Origin: a virus
Lineage: Duplodnaviria > Caudoviricetes
Direction: 5' to 3' (one strand)
Length of the DNA: 64,000 nucleotides
IMG/VR virus record: IMGVR_UViG_3300044991_001466
In this document: positions 41,589 through 51,645 of the stretch, piece after piece
Layout of the letters: every line of letters begins with the position of its first letter
How positions within the stretch are numbered: the stretch's first letter is position 1
Translations under genes and position numbers: made by a program
The notes under the pieces: model-generated
Told to the model about the DNA's origin: nothing
Seen by the model: only the letters and a program-made list of their open reading frames with translations
Databases searched by the model: none

Positions 41589-41613
41589 GATTTATATTTA
41601 TTAATAAAAGAAA

Positions 41614-42534
41614 ATGGCAGTAGGATCATATGGTATAATTAGACCGGCGGACGTTTCACCATCAGATGTGGAGATTTTATATCATTACACAGCTAATAGA
41701 ACATCCACGGCCGAAGTAACATTAAAGAAATTAGTATCTGAGGATATATTGACACCTGTGTATCATAATGATGCAACCACAGATTCAACAACCGCACCTA
41801 ATAATGAAATTATTGGGGGATTGTATAATTTGAAATTAAAATCTGCGGATTTCTCAGAATTGGGAATTTACACATTACATATTAGACCAAAACAAATTAG
41901 AACTTCAATTACGGATTGTGGTGTTTTAGCGGCATTACCATCGGTTAGGGGTTTGGTTATTGATTTAACAAATGTACCTTCACTTGATAAAAATAAGTTT
42001 ACACCACAGGGTTTAGTGGGATATAGAGTTGAGTATATTAATAGTGCAAACAATCAAAAAGTACCCAATTTTTACAGGGTGGTCACATCTTCTTTCTTTT
42101 GTGAACCGGTTGTTTCTAACTTAACAACCACAACAGAAAAGGCTATAAGATATCGTTATAAGGATTCAGCAACAAACTTAATGTTTTTAACTTTAACACC
42201 ATCTTCAGCACCTTCAAGTAGACCAAACGTGGTTCCATTTATTGGTGAACCAAGTCAAAAAATTATATTAACAAATACCTTCTTTAATCCAACAACAGTT
42301 GAGGTTGAAATGGTTGAACATGATTCATCAACATTGGCACACGCACTTTACGGTAATCAATCTAAGGCGGTTGCCCCTGGTATATACACAATTTACGATG
42401 AGGCTAATAACATCTATAAACAATATAACTTATTTGAAATTAAGGATGAGTTTAATAATAGTCTTTTCGAGGTTAGAGAAGAAAGAACAAATATTGATGA
42501 GACTTTAAATTTAGATAATATCACTAACGCATAA
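41614..42534 (+). CDS. Putative virion structural protein
   Basis: 306 aa, in the baseplate/tail module, preceded by TATTTATT. Confidence 0.5.
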   Translation: MAVGSYGIIRPADVSPSDVEILYHYTANRTSTAEVTLKKLVSEDILTPVYHNDATTDSTTAPNNEIIGGLYNLKLKSADFSELGIYTLHIRPKQIRTSITDCGVLAALPSVRGLVIDLTNVPSLDKNKFTPQGLVGYRVEYINSANNQKVPNFYRVVTSSFFCEPVVSNLTTTTEKAIRYRYKDSATNLMFLTLTPSSAPSSRPNVVPFIGEPSQKIILTNTFFNPTTVEVEMVEHDSSTLAHALYGNQSKAVAPGIYTIYDEANNIYKQYNLFEIKDEFNNSLFEVREERTNIDETLNLDNITNA

Positions 42535-44999
42535 TGACAGTAGTAAAAAGAAGAGTTCCAAGTTTGGCCGCAAGCGGTAATCAAACCTTTAGTGATAGTT
42601 TAGTCGGTGTACAAATTACCGACGGAAGCTCACAACTGGCGAACACGAACTTTGCTGTTGATAAAATTATACCAGAAAAAGATAGTAAAAATTTTAAAAC
42701 ATCACCATTTTCTGAATTTTTAACATTAGATAATTTAAAGACTGAAGAAGATGTTCCATCAACTCAAGATGGTAGTATTCAAAAAGATGAAAAGATAAAG
42801 TTTAAAGGTGGAATTGATGATGCAGGTAAATCACTTTATGGTTCATTAAAACAAAGATTAAATGTTTCTGTTGGTAAAATTATTACAAAATTTCCAGCAT
42901 CAATTTTAGTTGATAGTGATAGTCTTGTTAAATCATCAGATTATACCGCATCAGGAATTACATATAGTGCTATTACAACAAGTACAGATTTTTATGTTCA
43001 AAAATCAATCTTATATAACCCGTTTGATGTTGTTTTAGTTACACCAAGTAGTAACACAACACCAGCAACTAAAAATAAAATTAGAAATTTTTATTCCTCA
43101 TATAAAAAATATGTGGTTGATTATAGTGGTCAAACTTATAATATATTAAGTTATACTGAACCTGACGCAAACAATTTAATAAAATTAAGAGTATCGGGAA
43201 AACCATTTGGTACAGGTTCAACAATTAATGATAATTTTTTAATAAGACCGAACGATACGATTAATGAGGAGTTCTTTAAAAATTTAGATGACTTAGAAGA
43301 ACTATTATTAAATAGAGAATCTAATCCTAAATTTACTGCATCATTTAAAGTACCAAGAGATAGTTTTGACCAAACCACAACGGATATTATTTCTGTTGAC
43401 GTTTCATGGCCATTATCAAGAGACGGATGGAACCCACAAATTATTGGAACCAACTACGAATATTATGTTAGTAAGTTAAGTGACCTCGCTGATGAGATTG
43501 ATGATTATAAATCAAATTTAATTGTTAGATTTTTAACATCACCACAACTATTTGAATTTGATACCGAAGACCGAAAGGCGGAAGCGGTATTTCAATTATA
43601 CGGACAATCTTTTGATAGAGTTAAAAAATATATAGATAACATCGCCTTCATGAGGAATGTTAGTTATGATGGATTAAATAATGTTCCCGATATTTTATTA
43701 AAAAATTTATCAGAAACATTAGGTTTATCTACCGTTAATTTATTTAACGAGAAAAGTTTAAAAGACACAATACATACAAGAACAGACACACAATATTCGG
43801 GAGTATCGATTGGTAAAACATTAATTGAAGCTGAATATGAATTTTATAGGAGACTATTAACAAATTTAGCTTACCTATATAAATCAAAAGGTACAAGACA
43901 ATCTTTAGAATTCTTTTTAAAATTTTTAGGAGCACCAAATCAGTTAATTAGAATTAATGAATTTGTATATGATGTGAAATCTAAAATTAATTTAAATTAT
44001 TCTGGTGACACATATGAAACAGTACAAGGAACAAAAATAGATACCGTTATAACAGGAACAACTGCAGTTACGGGAAGTACTTTCATATATTATAGTGAGG
44101 GAACAACAGGATTAACAAGTGGTAACACTTTTAACACAGGTTCAATAACAGGGTCAACAAATCTAACATTAGATGAATATCCGATTGATGAGGACGGTCT
44201 ACCAAGAAAAGTTACAAGTTTAAATTCTGACATTTATTTCCAAAAAGGTTCGGGTTGGAATAATATCACGTTAGACCATAGGTCATCAAATATTATTGAT
44301 ACGGACTTATCAAGTGGTTCATTTGTTGATGGGGTTTTTCAATTAACAGGTAGAACTAAAACAATAAAAACAAAACCAAAAGATTATACGTATGGTGAAG
44401 ACTATTTTGATAGTTTTAGAACTTTAGATGGTCTTGATTATGGATTTGAATTAGAAAAAAGAATTGATAATAAGAAAGTTAGTGTTAGTGATGATGAAAC
44501 ATTATCTAAATTTATTTTAAATAGAAAAAACATTGAGGTTTATTTGGTACCGTCACAAGGAATTGAATATGACATATATAGACAAGGTAGAAATTTAGAA
44601 TTAACATTTGGTAATTTAATACCACAAACCGGAAGTACATTTGACAACTATATTGACACCGTATTGGGTCAAGTAATTACTAATTCAAATAGTGCTAAAT
44701 TTAGTAAATCATATAGTGGACTAACAAAAGTCTTTTATGATTACACAACCAACACAAACACAGGGTTTACTCCTTATAATTTTACATCAGTAAATGAATT
44801 CATTAATAAGATGAGTCCATATTGGATTCAAGTTGTTGAACAATTTGTTCCAGCAACTACGTTATGGACGGGTGGAAATTTAATTGGAAATAATATTTTC
44901 AATAGGTCAAAATACGATTATAGAAAACCAAGATATGGTGTTCCTGTGGTTAGTACAACTTATGATAGTGTAACATTTAATTGTGAAGAAATAGAATAA
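42534..44999 (+). CDS. Baseplate wedge-like protein (gpI/gp7-like)
   Basis: LLKNLSETLG...YRRLLTNLAYLYKSKGTRQSLEFFLKFLG resembles the P2 gpI-type wedge motif. Confidence 0.6.
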   Translation: MTVVKRRVPSLAASGNQTFSDSLVGVQITDGSSQLANTNFAVDKIIPEKDSKNFKTSPFSEFLTLDNLKTEEDVPSTQDGSIQKDEKIKFKGGIDDAGKSLYGSLKQRLNVSVGKIITKFPASILVDSDSLVKSSDYTASGITYSAITTSTDFYVQKSILYNPFDVVLVTPSSNTTPATKNKIRNFYSSYKKYVVDYSGQTYNILSYTEPDANNLIKLRVSGKPFGTGSTINDNFLIRPNDTINEEFFKNLDDLEELLLNRESNPKFTASFKVPRDSFDQTTTDIISVDVSWPLSRDGWNPQIIGTNYEYYVSKLSDLADEIDDYKSNLIVRFLTSPQLFEFDTEDRKAEAVFQLYGQSFDRVKKYIDNIAFMRNVSYDGLNNVPDILLKNLSETLGLSTVNLFNEKSLKDTIHTRTDTQYSGVSIGKTLIEAEYEFYRRLLTNLAYLYKSKGTRQSLEFFLKFLGAPNQLIRINEFVYDVKSKINLNYSGDTYETVQGTKIDTVITGTTAVTGSTFIYYSEGTTGLTSGNTFNTGSITGSTNLTLDEYPIDEDGLPRKVTSLNSDIYFQKGSGWNNITLDHRSSNIIDTDLSSGSFVDGVFQLTGRTKTIKTKPKDYTYGEDYFDSFRTLDGLDYGFELEKRIDNKKVSVSDDETLSKFILNRKNIEVYLVPSQGIEYDIYRQGRNLELTFGNLIPQTGSTFDNYIDTVLGQVITNSNSAKFSKSYSGLTKVFYDYTTNTNTGFTPYNFTSVNEFINKMSPYWIQVVEQFVPATTLWTGGNLIGNNIFNRSKYDYRKPRYGVPVVSTTYDSVTFNCEEIE

Positions 45000-45020
45000 T
45001 AATATAAATATTTATAACAT

Positions 45021-46538
45021 ATGAGCTTTTTAAAAACAGAATATTCAGCAACGGTCGCAGCGAGATTAACACAAAAGGGTAGAAACTCTATTGCAAAAGG
45101 TAATTTTGTTGTAAGTTACTTTGCGGTGGGAGATTCTGAATACAATTATAACGGAACCGCAAGTCAAAATACATTATCACCATTCGATAAAGACAGTCAT
45201 GTAAAATACCCATTGTGGTATACAAGTGGAAGTACATTTTTTGGAATACCAATAGACGGTTCAAATACTACAATATGTAAGAATTTAGTTACTGCAAATA
45301 GTGATTGGACATTGAGTACAGTTTGGGATAAAAATCCAATCGGATTAGCAAATTCGTATACAACTAACGCATATGTAGGTGTTAAAAATTTATTAGGTTA
45401 TTCATCATCTTCAGGACAAACATATAATACTGGCACAACAATATATGACACTTTTGGAACTGGAGTAACCATTTCACCTGAAGAACAAAAAGCAATTGCA
45501 ATATTACATTATACACAGAGCGGAACCACTGGTGACCCTTATAGATTTTTTAAGTATGATGATTACATCTGTATAGATAACACAACAGGTCAAACATCGT
45601 TTAATGTTACATTGACCTCAATTATGTATCACAGATCATCATTGGGAACATCTGGTGCAACATTTACAATGGGAACCGTTGATAAAAAAATGGTATCTAA
45701 TTATAATTCAAGATATGAATTACCATATAGAGATTTAGTAGATTCACAAACTAATAGAGTTGGTAAAATATTTCACAATCAAAAACTTGTAGTATTTGAT
45801 GATGAGGAAATTGTTGCAGCATTAGACACATCATCATCAAGAAATTACACATTAACAGCACCAAAAGTTGATGTACTTGTTACAAGTAATAGTCCAATTA
45901 CAGATTTAACCGTTGGTAAAACTATGTGGGTTACCTATAAATTTGGAGGAGGAACAGTATCGGACGACTTACCTTGTAATTATTTTATGAAAGTCACAGG
46001 GTCAACTAATGATGAGAATGTTACTGTTAAATTTAATAGTGGTGGATTTAAACATTTAAATAGTGGTTATACCGCAACAGAATTTCATATATTAACTCAA
46101 ATTAATACAGGACAAACACCTTCAAGTAGTTTGTGGTACAAAAGAGATTATACACTCGATTTAGGTGGAGATATTAATAATATTAAAACTGGACATACAT
46201 TTACAATTAATCAAACCAAAATTGCCGAAGCAATTGCTGGTGGAACTTATTCATCAGGTCTATCTTCTTTTGGAACAGATAGGGCATTGACAGGAGCCAC
46301 AATATCTGGTACAGTTGCATTGGTAAGATCAAGTGATATTGAAGAAATGGTGTTTAATTTAAACTTACCTACTAACACATTCAAAACATCTCAAAACCCA
46401 ACGTATGTTTCAGGGAACCCAAAGATTACAGAAGTTGCATTACTTAATTCCAATAAAGAAACATTGGCGATGGGTAAATTAGCTTCTCCAATACCAAGAG
46501 ATGGTAATCAAGTAATCCAAGTTAAAATAGATTTCTAA
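45021..46538 (+). CDS. Baseplate/tail-fibre attachment protein
   Basis: N-terminal RLTQKGRNSIAKGNFVVSYFAVGDSE and C-terminal ITEVALLNSNKETLAMGKL patterns typical of fibre-proximal wedge proteins. Confidence 0.55.
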   Translation: MSFLKTEYSATVAARLTQKGRNSIAKGNFVVSYFAVGDSEYNYNGTASQNTLSPFDKDSHVKYPLWYTSGSTFFGIPIDGSNTTICKNLVTANSDWTLSTVWDKNPIGLANSYTTNAYVGVKNLLGYSSSSGQTYNTGTTIYDTFGTGVTISPEEQKAIAILHYTQSGTTGDPYRFFKYDDYICIDNTTGQTSFNVTLTSIMYHRSSLGTSGATFTMGTVDKKMVSNYNSRYELPYRDLVDSQTNRVGKIFHNQKLVVFDDEEIVAALDTSSSRNYTLTAPKVDVLVTSNSPITDLTVGKTMWVTYKFGGGTVSDDLPCNYFMKVTGSTNDENVTVKFNSGGFKHLNSGYTATEFHILTQINTGQTPSSSLWYKRDYTLDLGGDINNIKTGHTFTINQTKIAEAIAGGTYSSGLSSFGTDRALTGATISGTVALVRSSDIEEMVFNLNLPTNTFKTSQNPTYVSGNPKITEVALLNSNKETLAMGKLASPIPRDGNQVIQVKIDF

Positions 46539-46541
46539 AGC

Positions 46542-46570
46542 TTTACATTTAAACTTATTAGGTTTAAATT
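46542..46570 (+). promoter_or_regulatory. Sigma70-like promoter upstream of ruvC
   Basis: TTTACA-17 bp-TAAATT, 7 nt before the ATG at 46578. Confidence 0.45.
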
Positions 46571-46577
46571 TTATATT

Positions 46578-47186
46578 ATGATTACAGATGTAAAATTTAA
46601 AAACAAACCAAAAATTCTTGGTTTGGATATAAGTACAAAAACCATAGGTTTTGCTTTATTTGATATAAGTGGTTCTAAATTATTGGAATTAACTCACTTC
46701 TCCCCAAAAATTAAGCCTCAACCAGAAGATAAGTTAGAAGAACTTATGATGAAAGCAAATGCATTTCAGAAAGTTTTAGATAACTATAAAGACATGGGTA
46801 TAACTCGTGTTATCATTGAAGAACCATTATTGAATTCAAATAACGTTTATACCGTAGGTACATTACTAAGATATAACACATTAATTTGTAAACTTATTTA
46901 CGATAATTTTCAAATCGTACCAACATTCATATCAACATATAACGCAAGAAAATTTGCATTTCCTGATTTGGTTGGACCAAATGATAAAGGACGTAATGTA
47001 TTATTTGGAGGTTATCCAAAAGATATCGACAAGAAAAAAGTAATATGGGAACATGTTAATGATGTTTGTCCTGATATTAATTGGTTAAAAGGAAAGAATG
47101 ATGTTTTGAAGAAAGAAAATTTTGATATGGCGGATGCGGTAACTTGTGTTATTGGTTATTTCAACATGATTAAACAAGAAAAATAA
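46578..47186 (+). CDS. ruvC: RuvC-like Holliday junction resolvase
   Basis: ILGLDISTKTIGFAL, VIIEEPL and FDMADAV catalytic pattern. Confidence 0.85.
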   Translation: MITDVKFKNKPKILGLDISTKTIGFALFDISGSKLLELTHFSPKIKPQPEDKLEELMMKANAFQKVLDNYKDMGITRVIIEEPLLNSNNVYTVGTLLRYNTLICKLIYDNFQIVPTFISTYNARKFAFPDLVGPNDKGRNVLFGGYPKDIDKKKVIWEHVNDVCPDINWLKGKNDVLKKENFDMADAVTCVIGYFNMIKQEK

Positions 47187-47239
47187 TATCCGGCAACTCA
47201 TATTTCATTATAAGAGTTGTTTGTGTTATACTTATTAAT

Positions 47240-47314
47240 AGGACGGGACAGAGCGTAAAAAACTTTGTTTGGTTGGTAGGGAGTCGATGTGGTGGTCGGC
47301 TCCCATTTTTTTTT
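47240..47314 (+). ncRNA. Candidate small non-coding RNA
   Basis: 35 of 64 bases are G/C over 47241-47304. Two hairpins with G-U pairs, an extended -10 (TGtTATACT, 47224-47232) upstream and a T9 tail downstream. Confidence 0.45.
47279..47314 (+). terminator. Intrinsic terminator
   Basis: GGGAGTCGAT-GTGGTG-GTCGGCTCCC followed by A and T9. Confidence 0.85.
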
Positions 47315-47343
47315 ATCATATTTTTTTCTTATAATTCTACTGT

Positions 47344-48285
47344 ATGAACAATCAAGAAGTAGATTATACCGCAATTTTTGAGATACTAGAAGATATTTTT
47401 GGTGACTATAAAAATCATAGTGACTATAAATCTCAGGTTAGTTTTGATTGTCCGGTTTGCTCATATGATATTAAAAGTTTAGACCACGGAGATGGAAAGG
47501 GTAATTTAGAAATCAATTATAGGTATGGGGTTTATAAATGTTGGGTGTGTGCTGAATCACATGAAACACATGGGTCTATCTATAAACTAATTAAAAAATA
47601 TGGTAATCCTAAACAACTCAAAAAATATCTTTTATTAAAACCCGAAGAACAACACGACGGAGTAAAAAAAGTATATAATCAAATTAAGTTGCCGTCAGAA
47701 TTTATTCCATTCAAAGATGCAAGTTTTGGAATGAAATTAACTCCCGGTTATAAACAAGCTTACAACTACATTAAAAGAAGAAACATTACTGATTTAATGT
47801 TACAGATTTATAATATTGGATTTTGTGCTACGGGAATATATGAAAATAGAATTATTATTCCATCTTATGATGAGAACAATAGAATAAATTATTTCATTGC
47901 TCGTTCATACTTGAACAATACAAAAATGAAATATAAAAATCCACAGGCACAAAAAGAGATTATAATATTCAACGAGAAATTAATTGATTGGAATGAAACT
48001 GTTTATATAGTTGAAGGCGCATTCGACAGTATATTCATTCCAAATGCAATTCCAATGTTAGGTAAATTTATGAGTGAACATTTATTCAATAAACTTTACA
48101 ATAACGCAAAAAAAATTATAATAGTGTTAGACCCTGATGCATATAACGACCAAGAGAGATTGTATCATAGATTGAATTGTGGTAAGTTAATGGGTAAGGT
48201 GTGGTCAATAAAATTAGAGGGGGATAAAGATATTGCCGATTTAAAAGGTGATTTAAGTGAGTATAAAATAAAAAAAATAGAATAA
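47344..48285 (+). CDS. dnaG: DNA primase (DnaG/gp61-like)
   Basis: Zn finger CPVC...CWVC; TOPRIM motifs VEGAFD, LDPDA and KDIAD. Confidence 0.88.
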   Translation: MNNQEVDYTAIFEILEDIFGDYKNHSDYKSQVSFDCPVCSYDIKSLDHGDGKGNLEINYRYGVYKCWVCAESHETHGSIYKLIKKYGNPKQLKKYLLLKPEEQHDGVKKVYNQIKLPSEFIPFKDASFGMKLTPGYKQAYNYIKRRNITDLMLQIYNIGFCATGIYENRIIIPSYDENNRINYFIARSYLNNTKMKYKNPQAQKEIIIFNEKLIDWNETVYIVEGAFDSIFIPNAIPMLGKFMSEHLFNKLYNNAKKIIIVLDPDAYNDQERLYHRLNCGKLMGKVWSIKLEGDKDIADLKGDLSEYKIKKIE

Positions 48286-49155
48286 ATGAATTTAAAAGAC
48301 ATCTCATTAGAGATTAATGACTTATTAGAAAAAAGAAGAAAAGAATTAGAGTTAACCTTTATTGAAGAGGAACACATCTATTATATGAAAGATGTTGATG
48401 GTGAAATTAAAAAGAACTTCCCATCGGTATCTAAAATTATAAAAAAATTCTATAAACCATTTGACGCTGACGGTATGGCATTGAAGATGTCTAAAGGTGA
48501 TCCTGAAGGGCAAGCAAATTTGCTTGCGGAATGGAAACAAGCTGGTGACCTATCAACCAATATGGGTAGTAGAGTTCACTTTGAATTGGAATCTGATTTG
48601 ATTGGTCGTTTTGATAACTACAAAGAAGTTAGACAACCATTATTTGATATCAATGAAGAACAACAACGTAAGAGTGATAACATGATTGTTGCGGGAAAAC
48701 AATTTCTTGATTTAATGTTAGAGAGAGGTGGGGTGTTATTAGATACTGAAATTGTATTAGGTGACCCTAATGAACAATATACAGGACAACCTGATAAAGT
48801 TTGGTTAATGGAAAATAAAACTAAAGATGATTTTGGATTTGTTATAACAGATTGGAAGACGAATCAACCAAAGAACTTTGAGGTACATCATTATACTGGT
48901 AAATTATATCCACCATTTAGTGAATATCACGATAACGCACTAAGTCATTATTATTTACAACTACCATTATATGGAAGATTATTACGTAAGATGTTAGAAG
49001 GTACGAAATATAACGACACCAAATTATTAGGTAATGTGGTTGTTTTATTAAAAGAAGACGGAACATTTGTTGAATATAAAGTTCCACCACAAATTAACAA
49101 CACAATCCAAACAATGGATTTAACAAAATATATTTCAAGATGGTCAAAAAAATAA
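48286..49155 (+). CDS. PD-(D/E)xK exonuclease
   Basis: GSRVHFELE, GQPDKVW, ITDWKTN and YYLQLPLY motifs. Confidence 0.8.
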   Translation: MNLKDISLEINDLLEKRRKELELTFIEEEHIYYMKDVDGEIKKNFPSVSKIIKKFYKPFDADGMALKMSKGDPEGQANLLAEWKQAGDLSTNMGSRVHFELESDLIGRFDNYKEVRQPLFDINEEQQRKSDNMIVAGKQFLDLMLERGGVLLDTEIVLGDPNEQYTGQPDKVWLMENKTKDDFGFVITDWKTNQPKNFEVHHYTGKLYPPFSEYHDNALSHYYLQLPLYGRLLRKMLEGTKYNDTKLLGNVVVLLKEDGTFVEYKVPPQINNTIQTMDLTKYISRWSKK

Positions 49156-49964
49156 TTCACATTGCAGATTTACATATTCGTACAATTCAAATGCATGATT
49201 TATACAAAGAACAGTTTCAAAAACTGTTGGATGAATTAAGTGTAAAATTTTTAGAATGGGCAGATGAAAATATATCGCATAACGAAATTAGAATTGTTGT
49301 TGCGGGTGATATCGCACATCAAAAAATTAATATTTCAAATGAACAATTATTATTAACGAGTTGGTTTTTAAAAGAGTTAACTCGTTTTGGTAAGGTTGTA
49401 ATAATACCAGGTAATCACGACTTCTTGGAGAATAATACACAACGTATGGATAGTATAACACCAGTCGTTCAATTATTAGACAATCAACATATCACATACC
49501 TAAAAGATAGTGGTGATTATGTTGATACCGATGGTAGCGTTCAATGGGTTGTTTATTCATTATATCAACACAACGTAAGACCTGAATTTACAAAACAAGA
49601 AGGTTTATTAACGGTTGGACTGTTCCATGGACCGATTATGGGGTTATCGACAGACTTAGGTTTTGAGTTTGAAGATGCGTATGACCAATTAAACTTTGTC
49701 GATTTGGATTTATTGTTATGTGGTGACATTCATAAGAGACAACAATTCACATTACCTAGTGGTGGTAAAGCAATTATGGTCGGTAGTCTTATTCAGCAAA
49801 ACTTTGGTGAAACAGTTAAACATCATGGTTACGGAGTTTATGACGTAGAGACAGATGGATATACATTTCACGATTTACCAAATGAACAATCATTTCTTCA
49901 TTTTACAATAAACGATATTAAAGACATAGAAAATGGAGAAGAAGTTCACGTTAACATTGGATAA
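49140..49964 (+). CDS. sbcD: SbcD/Mre11/gp47-like nuclease
   Basis: HIADLH, AGDIAH, PGNHD, LFHG and GDIH metallophosphoesterase motifs. Confidence 0.88.
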   Translation: MVKKIIHIADLHIRTIQMHDLYKEQFQKLLDELSVKFLEWADENISHNEIRIVVAGDIAHQKINISNEQLLLTSWFLKELTRFGKVVIIPGNHDFLENNTQRMDSITPVVQLLDNQHITYLKDSGDYVDTDGSVQWVVYSLYQHNVRPEFTKQEGLLTVGLFHGPIMGLSTDLGFEFEDAYDQLNFVDLDLLLCGDIHKRQQFTLPSGGKAIMVGSLIQQNFGETVKHHGYGVYDVETDGYTFHDLPNEQSFLHFTINDIKDIENGEEVHVNIG

Positions 49965-50472
49965 TGAATTTTCGCAGTATTGTGAATTAAATAACATTAA
50001 AGATGTTAATAAATTGGGTAAGGAAACATTCAATAGAGGGTTCTCACTGTTGAAATATGGAGAAACACCATACGGACAAAGAACTAAAGAAATTGTAGAG
50101 GTACCTAAAGAAACCATTAAAGAAATTATCGTTGAAAAGATTGTAGAACGAATTGTAGAGGTGCCGGTTGAAGTCATTAGGGAGGTTATTAAAGAAGTAA
50201 GAATAGAGGTACCTATTGAGGTGATTAGAGAGGTTATTATTGAAAAACAAGGTAAGACTAAGACGGTAACAAAAGAGGTCATTAAAGAGGTTCCTGTTGA
50301 AAAGATAGTTGAAGTTACAAGGGAGGTTTTTAACAATTCGGAAATTGATAAACTTAAGTCTGAAAATGAAAAATTGAGAAATGAATTGGATAAAATAACC
50401 AGTTCCTTAAATAACTTAGGTAAAGGGAGGATGATGAAGAAGAGTGATTTATCAAATTTATATGACGAGTAA
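49933..50472 (+). CDS. EKIVEVPV-repeat protein with coiled-coil C-terminus
   Basis: EKIVERIVEVPVEVIREVIKEVRIEVPIEVIREV repeats. Confidence 0.6.
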   Translation: MEKKFTLTLDNEFSQYCELNNIKDVNKLGKETFNRGFSLLKYGETPYGQRTKEIVEVPKETIKEIIVEKIVERIVEVPVEVIREVIKEVRIEVPIEVIREVIIEKQGKTKTVTKEVIKEVPVEKIVEVTREVFNNSEIDKLKSENEKLRNELDKITSSLNNLGKGRMMKKSDLSNLYDE

Positions 50473-50537
50473 TTTCCGGCAACTCACTTTTTTTTACGGA
50501 ATGTTTTCTCTATATTTTAAATAATAAACTAATAATT

Positions 50538-50846
50538 ATGATACTACTATTTTGGGTTTTAGCGGCATACGGGATGACATCAATTCTTGTTTGGGGTAAA
50601 ATTTTCGACAATCAAAGAGAATGGATTAAGAAACATTCTAAATTTTTTGGTGATTTAATTAGTTGTACACTTTGTACATCGACATGGGTTGGTTTCTTTA
50701 TGTCACTTGTTTTAGGTGGATTAACTAAAAATTATTTTAACACGCCATGGTTCATGTCTTTATTTTTTGATGGGATGTTTACTGCTGGTTCAGTATGGGC
50801 AATCAACGCCATAATCGAATTTTTCGAAGAGAATAGAATTAAATAA
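50538..50846 (+). CDS. Small membrane protein, DUF1360-like with CxxC
   Basis: Three hydrophobic segments; GDLISCTLCTSTWVG. Confidence 0.6.
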   Translation: MILLFWVLAAYGMTSILVWGKIFDNQREWIKKHSKFFGDLISCTLCTSTWVGFFMSLVLGGLTKNYFNTPWFMSLFFDGMFTAGSVWAINAIIEFFEENRIK

Positions 50847-50850
50847 TCAC

Positions 50851-51645
50851 ATGGCAATTACTAAAAAAGAGAAAGGGTATTTGAAAAGACAGTTAAATTT
50901 ATTTCAAGAGGAAGTTTTTATTGATATTCCTTTAAAGAACGCAGTTAATAGAAAATCTAAGAATTCATCATATAGAAGATTTTTTCCTAACAACACCATA
51001 TTTGATAAAGTATTTGATTTAGTAAGTGATATTGGCACGGCAATGCAATCCTTAGCGATATCAGAAGGTATTAAGTTAGAAACATATATTTTTGATGAAT
51101 TTAAGGGAGAAAAACATGAAGACATTAAATTTGAAAATGTTATTAAAATAATTAACAATAAACCAAATGAAACCATTTTATTTAAAAGAGTTAAAATAAC
51201 TAAAAATATTTTAAATGAAAATACAACATATACACATAACAGATCTAAATCATTACATTTAGATTTATTAATTTTACATGAAAATGAATTATATATTGAT
51301 GAAGTAAAAGATGGTATGAGTTTAGACACCAAAAAAAGTGATGCGGAAATTACTGAAATAAAAATGGTAAAAGAATTATGTGAAAATAAAACAAACTTAA
51401 AATGTAAATCAAGTATTATATTATGGACATGTCAAGATTTATCAAATGCATCGATTAAAAGTGACGAAGCGAGTGATTATATTGTAATAGGTAGGGATTT
51501 ATGTGAAATTTTAAATGTTAGTTTTGATGATATTGAAAATAAAAGATACCAATCAAATCGACATAATGGAGAATTTGCCATGAATTATATAAAAGAAATA
51601 AATGAAGAAATTATAAAAATAGAAAAAAATGAAACCACTCTGTAA
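50851..51645 (+). CDS. Putative Type II restriction endonuclease
   Basis: DLLILHENELYIDEVKDG fits a PD-(D/E)xK active site; overlaps the methyltransferase start. Confidence 0.6.
   Translation: MAITKKEKGYLKRQLNLFQEEVFIDIPLKNAVNRKSKNSSYRRFFPNNTIFDKVFDLVSDIGTAMQSLAISEGIKLETYIFDEFKGEKHEDIKFENVIKIINNKPNETILFKRVKITKNILNENTTYTHNRSKSLHLDLLILHENELYIDEVKDGMSLDTKKSDAEITEIKMVKELCENKTNLKCKSSIILWTCQDLSNASIKSDEASDYIVIGRDLCEILNVSFDDIENKRYQSNRHNGEFAMNYIKEINEEIIKIEKNETTL

Noticed and set aside
47241-47314. tRNA in the GC-rich intergenic island
   Set aside because: No cloverleaf, T-loop (GTTCRA) or CCA end.
48286-49155. Cas4 assignment for the PD-(D/E)xK nuclease
   Set aside because: It lacks the four-Cys Fe-S cluster motif and any CRISPR context; treated as a generic phage exonuclease.
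49890-50336. 148-aa minus-strand ORF (TSTIFSTGTSLMTS...)
   Set aside because: Antisense shadow of the EKIVEVPV repeat gene.
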